Positions 39,052 through 49,003 of a DNA stretch of 64,000 bases are shown here, in pieces. Both the position numbers and the translations under genes were made by a program. Under the pieces are notes generated by a model. The model was not told the origin of the DNA. It searched no databases and saw only the letters and a program-made list of their open reading frames with translations. The DNA is from Vicinamibacteraceae bacterium (GTDB lineage Bacteria; Acidobacteriota; Thermoanaerobaculia; Multivoradales; Multivoraceae): contig JAAXHG010000062.1 in the NCBI GenBank assembly GCA_012270995.1, positions 25,881 to 89,880 of the forward strand, given 5' to 3'. The stretch's first letter is position 1. Each line of letters starts with the position of its first letter.

Positions 39052-41784
39052 ATGCTGAAGCAGTTCTTGTTTCGCCTGCGTTCGAGCTGGGACCGGCGGC
39101 GGAGGGACGCCGAACTCGACGACGAGATCCGCTTCCATCTCGCCGAAGAAGCGGAAGAGCGAGTCGAGGCGGGCCTGTCTCCCGAACGAGCCCATGCCGA
39201 AGCACGGCGCGACTTCGGCAACGTCAGGCTGATTCGCGAGCGGACCCGCGAGACCTGGGGCTGGGCGCCCGTGGAGCTGCTCCTCAAGGACATCCGCGCC
39301 GCCTTCCGGATGATGCGGCGCAACACCGGCTACACCTGCGCCGTGGTCCTCACCCTGGCCCTCGGCATTGGCCTGAACGCCCCGATGTACGAGATGCTGT
39401 CCCGCCTCTTTCTCCAGCCGCCACCCCACATCGAGGACCCGGACCGCGTTCATCGCCTCTGGGTCAGCGAGCGCATCGATCCAGGCGATCGCGGCGCCTC
39501 CACGGGACGAACCTGGGTAGTCGATGCGATGCAGTGGCTCGACTTCGAGGCCCTGGCCGCAGACAGCGCACTCATCGACGGCGTCGCGGGCCACCGAGTC
39601 TCGTTCAGGACGAACGGCCGCGGTCAGCGCGCCGAGAATCTCACCGTCTCCTGGGTCACGGGAGAGTTCTTCGACTTCCTTGGCGTGGCTCCTACGGCCG
39701 GAAGGTTGATCGCCGCCACGGACGACCACCTGGCGGCGCAACCCGTTGCCGTGGTCAGCGACGGCTACGGGCGGCAGCGGTTCGGCAGCGCGGAGGAAGC
39801 GCTCGGCACGACGGTCAGCTTCGAGGACGTCACCTACCTCGTCGTCGGCGTGCTGCCGCGCGGCTTCTCCGGACCCCGCTCGAACGCAGTCGACGTCTGG
39901 CTCCCTCTTGAACACGCCGCAACCGCCAGCCGGGGGAACAGCTGGAGACGGTACGGAACCACCTTCTACCTCACACCGTTCGTCCGGCTGGCGCCCGGCG
40001 CGACGGAGGAGGCCGCCGGGGCCGCGGTGACTGCCGCTGTCCGGGCGGCGCGCGCCGCCTCGCGGTTCCCGGACTCCCTGGACCGGGAGGCGACCGTGGC
40101 TCTCGGCCCGATCCTTCGAACCCGCGGCCCCGTCACGCTGCGGCGCCACATGCGCCTGCCGCTGATCGCAGGCGGGATCACCTTCGTGGTGCTCCTCATC
40201 GCGGCCGTCAACATGTCGAACCTGCTGATGCTGCGGGTCGCTGCCAGACGACGCGAATTGGCGGTGCGCTACGCACTCGGCCTGGGACGATGGGGAATCG
40301 GACGTCTCCTGGTGACGGAGAGCCTGGTGCTCGCCGCCCTCTCGGGCATTGCGGCGTTGGCCGTTGCCACGGTCACCGGCGACGCTCTTCGCCGCACGCT
40401 CTTGCCGAGTTACCAGTGGGCCGAGGATCCGCTGGGCGCCACGGCAATCGGCTTCACCGGAATCGCCGTGCTCGGGATCGGCTTGGCGGCGGCCCTGGCC
40501 CCTGCCGTGTACGCGGCGCGCAGCCGGGGAATCGAAAGGCTCGACAGCTCCCGGGGCGCCAGCGCGCTCGGAACCCCCGTCCGCACCGGCCTGATCGTGG
40601 TCCAGGCCGCGCTGTCGGTCGTCCTGCTCAGCGGGACGGCCGTGTTCTACCGTTCCTTCGAAGCGGCGCGCCAGGTGGATGTCGGCTACGCCAAGGAGCA
40701 CCTGCTCACGGTGACTTTGGGGAGCTTTCACGGCGACACCCGCCTGGATGGCCTGGACGGCATCCCGCTCGACGAGAGCGCAATCCGCGCCATGGAGTCC
40801 CGCCTCCGGGATCTGCCCGGGGTGCTGGACGTCGCCCAGGGTACGAGTTCACCGATGTCGGGAAGCGGCGCGGCGTACGCGGACCTGCGCATCGACAGGC
40901 TCGACCGCCTGCCGTTCCGCTCCGGGCCCCATGTGAACTTCACTACGCCCAACTTCTTCGACGTCGCGGGGCTGGACATTCGGGAGGGCCGCGGCTTCAC
41001 GGAGTGGGACCGCGAAGGCACGCAGAAGGTCGCGGTCGTCAACACGTCGTTCGCGCAGCAGGTCTGGCCCGGTCGGAGCGCCGTCGGCCGTTGCCTGTTC
41101 GTCAGCGGCGACGCCGACTGCACGACGGTGGTCGGCGTGGTGGAACCAGCAGTGAACTGGACTCTGCCCGGAGCGGACCCGGTCTACTACCTGCCGATCG
41201 CCCAGGCGTCATCCGATCCGACCCTGTCGGGATGGACGAGCATCCAGCGTGCGCTGATCGTCCGAACCGCCTCAAGCCCCGGGCGCGTCGAGTCGCCGGT
41301 GCTTGCCGCCCTGGCCGAGCTGTTTCCAGAACTGCCGGGACACCACGTCCGGAACCTCTCCACACAGTTCGCCTCGCGGATTCGCACCTGGAGAACCGGA
41401 ACCCGCCTGTTCGCCGTCTCCGCGACGCTCGCCGTGTTGCTCGCGGCCATCGGGCTCTATGCGGTCATCGCCTTCGGCGTACGGCAGCGGGAGCACGAGT
41501 TCGGCATCCGTCGCGCCCTGGGCGCCAGGGCGTCGCGCGTTCTGCGGATGGTGCTCGCGCGCAGCCTCTCCCTAGCGGCGGCTGGTGTCGTGGCCGGCAC
41601 CCTCGCCGCGCTGTGGGCGGGTCGCTTCGTAGAACCGCTGCTGTTCGATGGCCGAACTCCCCGGGACCCGTTCGCGTTCGGAGTGGCGGCCCTGGTGCTA
41701 CTGGCGGTGGCCGTGAGCGCGTCGTTTCTTCCGGCCCGCCGGGCCGCCCGCGCCGACCCGCGTCGGGCGCTCGAGGCGGAGTAG
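39052..41784 (+). CDS. ADOP-family ABC permease, copy 2 (tandem paralog)
   Basis: 910 aa, colinear with copy 1 (MLKQFLFRLRSSWDRRRRDAELDDEIRFHL...). Long stretches of near-identical nucleotide sequence. Confidence 0.75.
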   Translation: MLKQFLFRLRSSWDRRRRDAELDDEIRFHLAEEAEERVEAGLSPERAHAEARRDFGNVRLIRERTRETWGWAPVELLLKDIRAAFRMMRRNTGYTCAVVLTLALGIGLNAPMYEMLSRLFLQPPPHIEDPDRVHRLWVSERIDPGDRGASTGRTWVVDAMQWLDFEALAADSALIDGVAGHRVSFRTNGRGQRAENLTVSWVTGEFFDFLGVAPTAGRLIAATDDHLAAQPVAVVSDGYGRQRFGSAEEALGTTVSFEDVTYLVVGVLPRGFSGPRSNAVDVWLPLEHAATASRGNSWRRYGTTFYLTPFVRLAPGATEEAAGAAVTAAVRAARAASRFPDSLDREATVALGPILRTRGPVTLRRHMRLPLIAGGITFVVLLIAAVNMSNLLMLRVAARRRELAVRYALGLGRWGIGRLLVTESLVLAALSGIAALAVATVTGDALRRTLLPSYQWAEDPLGATAIGFTGIAVLGIGLAAALAPAVYAARSRGIERLDSSRGASALGTPVRTGLIVVQAALSVVLLSGTAVFYRSFEAARQVDVGYAKEHLLTVTLGSFHGDTRLDGLDGIPLDESAIRAMESRLRDLPGVLDVAQGTSSPMSGSGAAYADLRIDRLDRLPFRSGPHVNFTTPNFFDVAGLDIREGRGFTEWDREGTQKVAVVNTSFAQQVWPGRSAVGRCLFVSGDADCTTVVGVVEPAVNWTLPGADPVYYLPIAQASSDPTLSGWTSIQRALIVRTASSPGRVESPVLAALAELFPELPGHHVRNLSTQFASRIRTWRTGTRLFAVSATLAVLLAAIGLYAVIAFGVRQREHEFGIRRALGARASRVLRMVLARSLSLAAAGVVAGTLAALWAGRFVEPLLFDGRTPRDPFAFGVAALVLLAVAVSASFLPARRAARADPRRALEAE

Positions 41785-41836
41785 CGACACGAACGCCGCC
41801 CTGGCGCGCCCCAACTCAAGCACTGCTGGACGTCTT

Positions 41837-41880
41837 GCAGTCATCGTAGCGACTGCGTAGACTCCGTCTTGTTGACTGCA
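41837..41880 (+). promoter_or_regulatory. Inverted repeats TGCAGTCA...GCGACTGC...TGACTGCA, putative operator of the second vapBC
   Basis: Three GCAGTC/GACTGC half-sites within 44 bp, ending 16 bp upstream of the antitoxin start at 41897. Confidence 0.4.
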
Positions 41881-41896
41881 TCGCGGAGGAAGCTCG

Positions 41897-42148
41897 ATGA
41901 AGACGATGACCATCCGCAACGTATCGCCCGACCTGGCGGCGGCCCTCGAGGAGGAAAAGAGCCGACGCGGCCTCTCTCTCAACAGGACTGTGCTTGCCCT
42001 GATGGGCGAGGCTTTGGGCGTCTCGGAAGAGCCGGAAAGAGGCAACGGACTTCGCCGGCTGGCCGGCACGTGGACGGAGGACGAGTTCCGCGAGTTTGAA
42101 GAGGCCGTTCGGCCGTTCCGGGAAATCGACGAGGAACTCTGGAGGTGA
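41897..42148 (+). CDS. vapB: RHH antitoxin, FitA/VapB-like (paralog of 19488)
   Basis: MKTMTIRNVSPDLAAALEEEKSRRGLSLNRTVLALM. ATGA-type 4-nt overlap with the toxin. Confidence 0.7.
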   Translation: MKTMTIRNVSPDLAAALEEEKSRRGLSLNRTVLALMGEALGVSEEPERGNGLRRLAGTWTEDEFREFEEAVRPFREIDEELWR

Positions 42149-42546
42149 CGGGGATCTGTGTCGACACGTCGGCCTACAGCAACTTCCGCCGCGGCGAAAC
42201 GCGAGTCGTCGAGCAGATTGATCGAGCTCGCTGGATAGGCGTTCCGAGCATCGTCGTTGGCGAACTGCACGCGGGTTTTCGCGCGGGATCCCGGTTCGAT
42301 CAGAACCTCGGTGATCTCAGAGAGTTCCTGCGTCAGCCCGTCGTGCAAGTCCTGGCCGTCGACGAACAAGTCGCCCACATTTACGGTGAGATCGTCTCGG
42401 AACTGCGAACGGCGGGCCGTCCGCTGCCTACGAACGACATCTGGATTGCGGCCACCGCGGTCCGGTTCGGAGCGGCGGTGCTGACCTTCGACGCCCACTA
42501 CCGAGAGATCGGCCGCGTCGGCTCGATCGTGCTCGGCGGCGCCTGA
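42145..42546 (+). CDS. vapC: PIN-domain toxin VapC
   Basis: ICVDTSAYSNF...VVGELHAGF...TNDIWIAATAVRFGAAVLTFDAHYR. PIN Asp residues present. Confidence 0.75.
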   Translation: MTGICVDTSAYSNFRRGETRVVEQIDRARWIGVPSIVVGELHAGFRAGSRFDQNLGDLREFLRQPVVQVLAVDEQVAHIYGEIVSELRTAGRPLPTNDIWIAATAVRFGAAVLTFDAHYREIGRVGSIVLGGA

Positions 42547-42556
42547 GCACCACTGC

Positions 42557-43588
42557 TCAGGGAAGGTCAGCCACCCACATCTTCGCCTGCGCTCCGCGGC
42601 CCGTCGCCGAACCGCCGGCTACGTAGAGTTTGCCCCCGATGATCGCGGCGGCGGGTGACGACAGCGGCATCGGCAGCTTGCCGAGGAGTTCCCACTCGCC
42701 GCCGGGCTCGAGTACCAGGATGTCCGGGTCGATCGACTTCCTGCCGCCGGCTGGCGTCGTGTGGCCGCCGACCATGACGATCCGGCGCTCGTGGACGAAG
42801 GTGCCGGCTTCGCCGTGGGAGTGGCCCTTCGGCAGGTCGGGGCCGCGGCTCCAGGAGTCGGTTTCGGCGTCGTACACATCGATTCGCGGCTGGTCGAGCT
42901 GCTGGCTGTCGTGGTTGTACTGGCCGCCGATCGCGTAGATGCGGTTGCCGATCGAGACTGCCGAGAACTGGTTGCGCGGGTCGGGCATCGGGGCCGCGTT
43001 CCGCCAGGTCGCCGAGCCTCCGGCCAGGTCGTCCAGGTCGAGGACCCAGTGGTCCGCGGCGTCCGTGTCCCGATCCGCCTTCAAACCGCCGAAGTAGTGC
43101 AGCTTGCGGCCCACGAGCGCCAGACCGCCGCCCGCACGCGGCTCGGGCAGCAGCGGTGCCGCCGTGTAGCGGTCAAGGTCCAGGTCGTAGTTCCACACCT
43201 CCGCGATCGCGTGGCCCTTGTAGCCGTCCTTGAAGCCGCCGGCGAACCAGACGGTGCGACCGTCCAGCGCCGCGTTCAGGTGTGTGACCGCGCTCGGCAT
43301 GTCCTGGATCCGCGTCCAGCTTCCGTCCGCCGGATCGAAGACGTCGACCCGCTTGCTCGACCGGACCGGTCCCTCGTAGCCGGCGAACACGCAGAACTTG
43401 CCATCGATCACGGTGGTCGCGGCTTCCCACTTGCCGGCCGGCATGTCGGGGAGTTCCCGCCACGCGAGTTCCTGGGCCGGGAGCTTCGATGTGCTCACGG
43501 CAAGAGCCGACACCGTCAGAACGACGACAGATACGGCTGGTCCAAACCTCGGACCCTTCGGACCCTTGTGCATGGTGAACTGCGGCAC
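42557..43588 (-). CDS. Secreted Kelch-repeat beta-propeller protein
   Basis: Signal peptide. Repeated GG..dg motifs (VWFAGGFKDG, LHYFGGLKAD, IYAIGGQYNHD, IVMVGGHTTP, LYVAGGSATG). Confidence 0.6.
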   Translation of the reverse strand: MPQFTMHKGPKGPRFGPAVSVVVLTVSALAVSTSKLPAQELAWRELPDMPAGKWEAATTVIDGKFCVFAGYEGPVRSSKRVDVFDPADGSWTRIQDMPSAVTHLNAALDGRTVWFAGGFKDGYKGHAIAEVWNYDLDLDRYTAAPLLPEPRAGGGLALVGRKLHYFGGLKADRDTDAADHWVLDLDDLAGGSATWRNAAPMPDPRNQFSAVSIGNRIYAIGGQYNHDSQQLDQPRIDVYDAETDSWSRGPDLPKGHSHGEAGTFVHERRIVMVGGHTTPAGGRKSIDPDILVLEPGGEWELLGKLPMPLSSPAAAIIGGKLYVAGGSATGRGAQAKMWVADLP

Positions 43589-43605
43589 TGTATCGTCGGG
43601 GCCGA

Positions 43606-44517
43606 TCAGCCGTGGAGCTGACGGGCCAAAGCGGCGGCTTCGTCAAGGAGCGTCCGCATGCCGCCGCCTTCCAGCCAGTCGATTCTGAACAGGCGGTAGC
43701 TGGCCTCCGCCCGAACCGCGTTGAGCCGGCACAACTCCAGCACTCCGGGCTCCCCCGCGGTCGACTCTTGAACCTCGTCGCGCCACCCTCTCAACAGGTC
43801 GTCGAGGACGTTCGCGTCGTTCAGGGTGCCAAGTACATCCTGCAGGCGCTTGCAGCGATCAACCAGGGACACGGCAACTTCGCATTCGGCTCGGACCGGC
43901 TCCACCAGGTAGCGGAGCCGCTTGCCGGCGATGCGCACTCTGTGCGGGCCCCGCTCTCGGTCGTCGCCGATGCCGCCGATGCAGGCGTCCAGCCTGTGCG
44001 CAACCAAGTCGAGCCGCTCGGAAAGCGCGTGAGGGTACGACGGACCAACGGCTGCCGCCGGTCCCCGGTCAGCCAGGCGCGACTCGAAGGCGCCGGCCCA
44101 CTCGGTGAACTCGTTGCACACTGCCCGGTTCTCGTCGCCAGACTGTGCTCGCAAATCCGAACGAAGTCGCGCCCTGACCCACTCAGAGCCGGGCCGGTGC
44201 TCCGGCTCCAGCCCATCGACCTGTTCCTCCAGCCACTCGAGCGCCACCTCGGCATCGCGGCTGGAGCCGGTCCGCTTCTGGTACCCGGCGAGCGTCCGCC
44301 GATCCCTCTTCTTCACGACGCCACGCAGCAGTCCCTTCCAGGCACTCAGGGTGCTTCGCAGCCGCCGGATCGCGACCCTGAAGTCGTGGAGGCCCTCGGT
44401 GTCCTCCGGATCGAGGGTGCGCGGCGCGGCCTCGCGGGCTTGCGAGAGAAGATCGAGCGCGATCAGGCGGACAGCCTCCCCCGCGTCCCGCGGCAGCAGA
44501 TCGGCCGGAAGAGGCAT
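43606..44517 (-). CDS. CHAD domain-containing protein
   Basis: LHDFRVAIRRLRSTL and VRIAGKRLRYLVE are CHAD helical signature blocks. Start set at internal Met MPLPADLL; upstream codons look non-coding. Confidence 0.55.
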   Translation of the reverse strand: MPLPADLLPRDAGEAVRLIALDLLSQAREAAPRTLDPEDTEGLHDFRVAIRRLRSTLSAWKGLLRGVVKKRDRRTLAGYQKRTGSSRDAEVALEWLEEQVDGLEPEHRPGSEWVRARLRSDLRAQSGDENRAVCNEFTEWAGAFESRLADRGPAAAVGPSYPHALSERLDLVAHRLDACIGGIGDDRERGPHRVRIAGKRLRYLVEPVRAECEVAVSLVDRCKRLQDVLGTLNDANVLDDLLRGWRDEVQESTAGEPGVLELCRLNAVRAEASYRLFRIDWLEGGGMRTLLDEAAALARQLHG

Positions 44518-44539
44518 TCCGTCAGTATAGGAAGGTGCC

Positions 44540-45889
44540 ATGAAGACGATCATCGAGCCCTTCCGGATCAAGGCGGTCGAGCCGATCCGCCTCGCCAGTC
44601 CCGAGCAACGCGAAGAGGTGCTTCGCGACGCCCGCTTCAACCTGTTCAAGATCGCAGCGGAGCATGTGCTGATCGATCTCCTGACGGACAGCGGCACCGG
44701 CGCCATGAGCGCGCAGCAGTGGGCCGCGGTCATGCGCGCCGACGAGAGCTACGCCGGCTCGACGAGCTTCCTCCGCCTGCGCGAGACCGTCGAGGAGATC
44801 ATGGGGTTCGAGCGGATGCTGCCGACGCACCAGGGCCGAGCCAGCGAGCGGATCCTGTTCGATCTGATCGGCGGCGACGACAGGATCGTGCCGAACAACG
44901 CCCACTTCGACACCACCCGGGCGAACATCGAACACAGCGGCGCCCGGGCGGTCGACCTCGGCATTCCCGAGGCAACCGACCCGACGAACCGTCACCCGTT
45001 CAAGGGCAATCTCGATCTCGACCGGCTGGAGTCACTGCTTGCGGCCGAAAGCTCACGCGTACCCGTCGTCATGTGCACGGTGACGAGCAACACGAGCGGC
45101 GGCCAGCCCGTGAGCCTGGAGAACCTGCGCGCGACGCGGGACCTGTGCGACCGGCGCGGCGTGCCCCTGTTCCTGGATGCTTGCCGGTTCGCCGAGAACG
45201 CCTGGTTCATCAAGGAGCGGGAAGCCGGGCAGCAGGAGCGGTCCGCAAGGGACATCGCGCGCGAGATGTTCGATCTCGCCGACGGCGCCACGATCAGCGC
45301 CAAGAAGGACGGGATCGTCAACATCGGGGGCCTCCTGCTCCTGCGTGACCAGGAGCTGTTCCGCCGCGCCAGTGACCTGACGATCCTGACAGAGGGGTAC
45401 GTGACGTACGGGGGCCTCGCCGGCCGCGATCTCGAGGCGATGGCGCAGGGCTTCCGGGAGGTGCTCGACGAGGATTACCTGCGCTACCGGATCCGCAGCA
45501 CGACGTACGTCGGCGAGAAGCTGCTGGAGGCCGGCATCCAGATCGTCGAGCCGCCGGGAGGACACGCGATCTACATCGATGCCTGCCGGTTCTGCCCGCA
45601 CCTGTCCCGCGAGCAGCTCCCGGGCCAGGCGCTCGTGGTCGCTCTCTACCGGCATGCCGGCATCCGCACCTGCGAGGTGGGAACCGTCATGTTCGGCGCG
45701 CGGCAACAGCCGCCGCTCGACCTGGTCCGCCTGGCCGTGCCGCGGCGGGTCTACACGCAGTCCCACATGGACTACGTGGTCGAGGCGCTGGTGGAGTTGT
45801 ACGCCGAGCGCGAGCGGATCCGGGGGCTACGGATCGTGGGCGCTCCGGAAGCGCTGCCGCACTTCTCGGCGCGCTTCGAGGAGATCTAG
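44540..45889 (+). CDS. tnaA: Tryptophanase / tyrosine phenol-lyase family beta-eliminating lyase (PLP)
   Basis: MKTIIEPFRIKAVEPI N-terminus. PLP-lysine block ATISAKKDGIVNIGGLL. Length 449 aa typical of TnaA/TPL. Confidence 0.8.
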   Translation: MKTIIEPFRIKAVEPIRLASPEQREEVLRDARFNLFKIAAEHVLIDLLTDSGTGAMSAQQWAAVMRADESYAGSTSFLRLRETVEEIMGFERMLPTHQGRASERILFDLIGGDDRIVPNNAHFDTTRANIEHSGARAVDLGIPEATDPTNRHPFKGNLDLDRLESLLAAESSRVPVVMCTVTSNTSGGQPVSLENLRATRDLCDRRGVPLFLDACRFAENAWFIKEREAGQQERSARDIAREMFDLADGATISAKKDGIVNIGGLLLLRDQELFRRASDLTILTEGYVTYGGLAGRDLEAMAQGFREVLDEDYLRYRIRSTTYVGEKLLEAGIQIVEPPGGHAIYIDACRFCPHLSREQLPGQALVVALYRHAGIRTCEVGTVMFGARQQPPLDLVRLAVPRRVYTQSHMDYVVEALVELYAERERIRGLRIVGAPEALPHFSARFEEI

Positions 45890-46047
45890 CAGCCCGTGGT
45901 GAAAGTCGCGCTGCATTCGAGCGGCCATGCATCCCGCCCAGCATCGTTGCTCCTCGGTCGAATATGGCCCGATATGCTCCCTCGTCGCGCCTTGCTGGGC
46001 GGGCGCCTGACCGCTCTCGGTGCGACACGCACTTCCACCACGGGCTG

Positions 46048-47835
46048 CTAGGCCGTGCGCGGCAGGAGGCGGAACAAGCCGTACGCCGCCGCCAGCGCGG
46101 CGATGCCGAGGACCGCCGCGGCACCGAGACGTCCATAGAGCGCCATACCGGTCCCGAACAGCGCGGCGTAGACCGCCGCGCAGCCGAGCATCCAGGCGAG
46201 CAGCGCCGCGGTGGCGCTGCCGGGCTCGTCCGCCCGGGTTTCGACGACCTTCCGCCAGCCGCGCGCGAATGGCCGCACGCGGTCGTAGAACGATTGCAGG
46301 ACCGCCGTCTCCGTCGGCCGTGTGGCCATCGTGACGCCGAACCAGACCGCCGTGGTGAGCGCTACGCCGAGCAGGAGCTGAGCCGCAACCGAAGGCAGCG
46401 TCAGACCGACGGCGGCGTGGCCGAACTGAAACCACACGGCGACGGCGAACGACACGACCATCGCCGAGATCTCGGACCAGGCGTTGATCCGCCACCAGAA
46501 CCAGCGCAGCAGGAAGATGAGACCGGTGCCGGCGCCGATCTGGAGCAGGATCTGGAACGCCTGCATCGCGTTCTCGAGCCACAGCGCCACGATCGCCGCC
46601 AGCGCGACCAGGGCGACCGTCGACAGCCGCGCTACCAGGACGTAGTGCGACTCGCCGCGGCCCGGCCGGACGAAACGCCGGTACACGTCGTCGACGATGT
46701 AGGAGGCGCCCCAGTTGAGGTGCGTCGAGATCGTCGACATCAGGGCGGCCGCCAGCGACGCGACGACCAGGCCAAGCAGGCCGTGCGGCAGGAAGACCAG
46801 CATCGCCGGGTAGGCCAAATCGTGCCGGATGATCGACGGATCCAGATGCGGGAACGCCTCGGCGATCGAGTCCAGGGTCGGATAGACGACCAGCGAAGCC
46901 AGCGCGACCAGGATCCACGGCCATGGCCGCAGCGCATAGTGGGCGATGTTGAACCACAGGGTGGCGCCCATCGAGTCCCGCTCGCTCCTGGCCGCGAGCA
47001 TGCGCTGGGCCGCGTAGCCGCCCCCGCCCGGTTCGGCGCCCGGGTACCAGGTGGACCACCACTGGACGGCGATCGGAATCAGAAAGACGGTGGCGGCCGT
47101 CTCCCAGTCCGCGAAGTCGGGCAGCAGGGCGAGGCGCGCGGCGATGTCGGGGTTCGAGACGAGGCCGGAGAGACCACCGACAGCCGGGTGCGCGAGTGCG
47201 TACCAGGCGGCAGCGACCGAGCCCGCCATCGCGATGACGAACAGCATGAGGTCGGTGACGACGACACCCCACAGGCCGGAAGTCGCGGAGTACACGGCGG
47301 TCACCGCCGCCGCGACGAGCACCGTCGTGTACTTGTCGGCGCCCAGCAGGACGCCGCCGATCTTGATCCCGGCCAGCAGCACCGAGGCCATGATCATCAC
47401 GTTGAAGAACACGCCGAGGTACACGGCCCGGAACCCGCGCAGGAAGAGCGCAGCCCGCCCCGAGTACCGGAGCTCGTAGAAGCCGATGTCGGTGAACACC
47501 CCGGAACGCCGCCAGAGCTTCGCGTAGAAGAACGTCGTGCACATGCCGGTGATCAGGAACGCCCACCACATCCAGTTGCCGGAGACGCCGCCGTTCCGCA
47601 CCAGGTCCGTCACCAGGTTCGGGGTGTCGGTCGAGAACGTCGTGGCGACCATCGACGTGCCGAGCAGCCACCACGGCAGGTTCCGCCCGGCCAGGAAGAA
47701 CTGCCCTGTGCCGGCGCCGGCGCGCCGCGCGAAGAGGAGGCCGACGGCGAGGGCGAGCGCCCCGTAGGCGGCGAGGACGGTCCAGTCGAGGCCGTTCAGG
47801 CGCACGGCTGGGGCGGCGGCGACGGCGACGGACAT
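46048..47835 (-). CDS. Sodium:solute symporter (SSS/SLC5) family transporter
   Basis: 13+ TM helices. GQFFLAGRNLPWWLLGTSMVATTFSTDT matches SSS TM1-2 consensus. Start at MSVAVAAAP; the upstream 90 codons of the six-frame ORF lie in the MITE repeat. Confidence 0.7.
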   Translation of the reverse strand: MSVAVAAAPAVRLNGLDWTVLAAYGALALAVGLLFARRAGAGTGQFFLAGRNLPWWLLGTSMVATTFSTDTPNLVTDLVRNGGVSGNWMWWAFLITGMCTTFFYAKLWRRSGVFTDIGFYELRYSGRAALFLRGFRAVYLGVFFNVMIMASVLLAGIKIGGVLLGADKYTTVLVAAAVTAVYSATSGLWGVVVTDLMLFVIAMAGSVAAAWYALAHPAVGGLSGLVSNPDIAARLALLPDFADWETAATVFLIPIAVQWWSTWYPGAEPGGGGYAAQRMLAARSERDSMGATLWFNIAHYALRPWPWILVALASLVVYPTLDSIAEAFPHLDPSIIRHDLAYPAMLVFLPHGLLGLVVASLAAALMSTISTHLNWGASYIVDDVYRRFVRPGRGESHYVLVARLSTVALVALAAIVALWLENAMQAFQILLQIGAGTGLIFLLRWFWWRINAWSEISAMVVSFAVAVWFQFGHAAVGLTLPSVAAQLLLGVALTTAVWFGVTMATRPTETAVLQSFYDRVRPFARGWRKVVETRADEPGSATAALLAWMLGCAAVYAALFGTGMALYGRLGAAAVLGIAALAAAYGLFRLLPRTA

Positions 47836-47848
47836 ACCCGCCTGTCGC

Positions 47849-48015
47849 GGGTCGGGGGAGAGGGTCCCAGGGGCCGCTCGCACTTTCCTGGTGGATGGGA
47901 GGTGAGTGCTCGCTGCGGTCGGCTGCGCTCCGGTTTGGCGTCGTTCGATGAAAGGTCGTCGGGCGTCGCTTGCCGACAGCCCCCTGGGACCCTCTCCCCC
48001 GACCCACGACAGGCT
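47849..48015. repeat. MITE-like palindromic element, copy 2
   Basis: Terminal inverted repeats gggtcgggggagagggtcccagggg / cccctgggaccctctcccccgaccc. Internal core matches copy 1 at 2444-2613. 14 nt upstream of the SSS start codon. Confidence 0.65.
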
Positions 48016-48040
48016 GGAGGGCGTTGGTGACTGCGACCGC

Positions 48041-49003
48041 TCACGCGGGTCTTCGGGAGGTGCGACCGGCAAACCAGTTGCCGAGGTCGGCCGGATAGTC
48101 ACCCGCGTCGACGCATTGCTGCAAGGTCGTCGCGACAGGCGGCAGGTCCCCCGGATACGTGAGTCCAGCGGTACTCTGGGTCAGCCCAAGAAGACGAACA
48201 CGCGCCGCACCCTCGTTCGCAAGTTTGCCGAGCGTCTCGCTCAGTAAGAACTCGCTGGTCAGCGGGTCCGCCGAGGGAGGACCGAGAGTGGCTTGAAAGG
48301 CCTCGAAGCGGTCTTCGAGGAATCCGAAGATCGAGGGCTGGAAGGCCCAGAGGTTCATCGAGCAGGGGCTGTCAGCGACCAGCGATCGAGCTTCGCCAGC
48401 GCCGTCGCGGCCAACGAGGCCGGAGTCGGTCTCCCGCACGTCGTAGACCTCATCGATCCCCTCCAAGGTCGAATCCGTGCCTGCCTTGAGGATCCCGCGG
48501 TTGACACCGCTCGTCCGGGAAACGCCGGTTCGGTGGAGTTCGTACGCCGCGAGGAAATGCGAGCCGTGGCCGCCGTCCAGCAGCTCACCGACCCGGCGGC
48601 CGAACGACTCGATCGCCCGGGGGCCGTAGAAGTCGTCCGCGTTGACGACCAGGAAGGGCTCCTCGATCTTCTTCCGCAGCGCAAGGACGGCGTGGCCGGT
48701 GCCCCACGGCTTGGCCCGCTGCACCGGCGGCGCGGCGCTACTCGGCAGGTCGTCGAGGCTTTGAATCACAGAGTCGACGGGAACCGCCCCGCCGGCCCGC
48801 TCGGCGGCCCGGCTCATGAGCTGGTCGTTCCAGTCCGCCGACGTGACGAACACGACCTTCCGGCAGCCGGCGCGAATCGCGTCGCAGATCGCGTACTCGA
48901 ACAGCACCTCGCCACTCGGCCCGACCGGCTCGAGCGTCTTCGGTCGGCCGAACCTCGCCGAACGGCCGGCGGCGAGAATCGCCAGCGTCAGTCCCTGACT
49001 CAA
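48041..49003 (-). CDS. Nucleotidyltransferase (NTP_transferase family, sugar-phosphate nucleotidyltransferase-like)
   Basis: LAILAAGRSARFGRPK is the nucleotidyltransferase G-rich loop. VVNADDFYG. Confidence 0.5.
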   Translation of the reverse strand: MSQGLTLAILAAGRSARFGRPKTLEPVGPSGEVLFEYAICDAIRAGCRKVVFVTSADWNDQLMSRAAERAGGAVPVDSVIQSLDDLPSSAAPPVQRAKPWGTGHAVLALRKKIEEPFLVVNADDFYGPRAIESFGRRVGELLDGGHGSHFLAAYELHRTGVSRTSGVNRGILKAGTDSTLEGIDEVYDVRETDSGLVGRDGAGEARSLVADSPCSMNLWAFQPSIFGFLEDRFEAFQATLGPPSADPLTSEFLLSETLGKLANEGAARVRLLGLTQSTAGLTYPGDLPPVATTLQQCVDAGDYPADLGNWFAGRTSRRPA

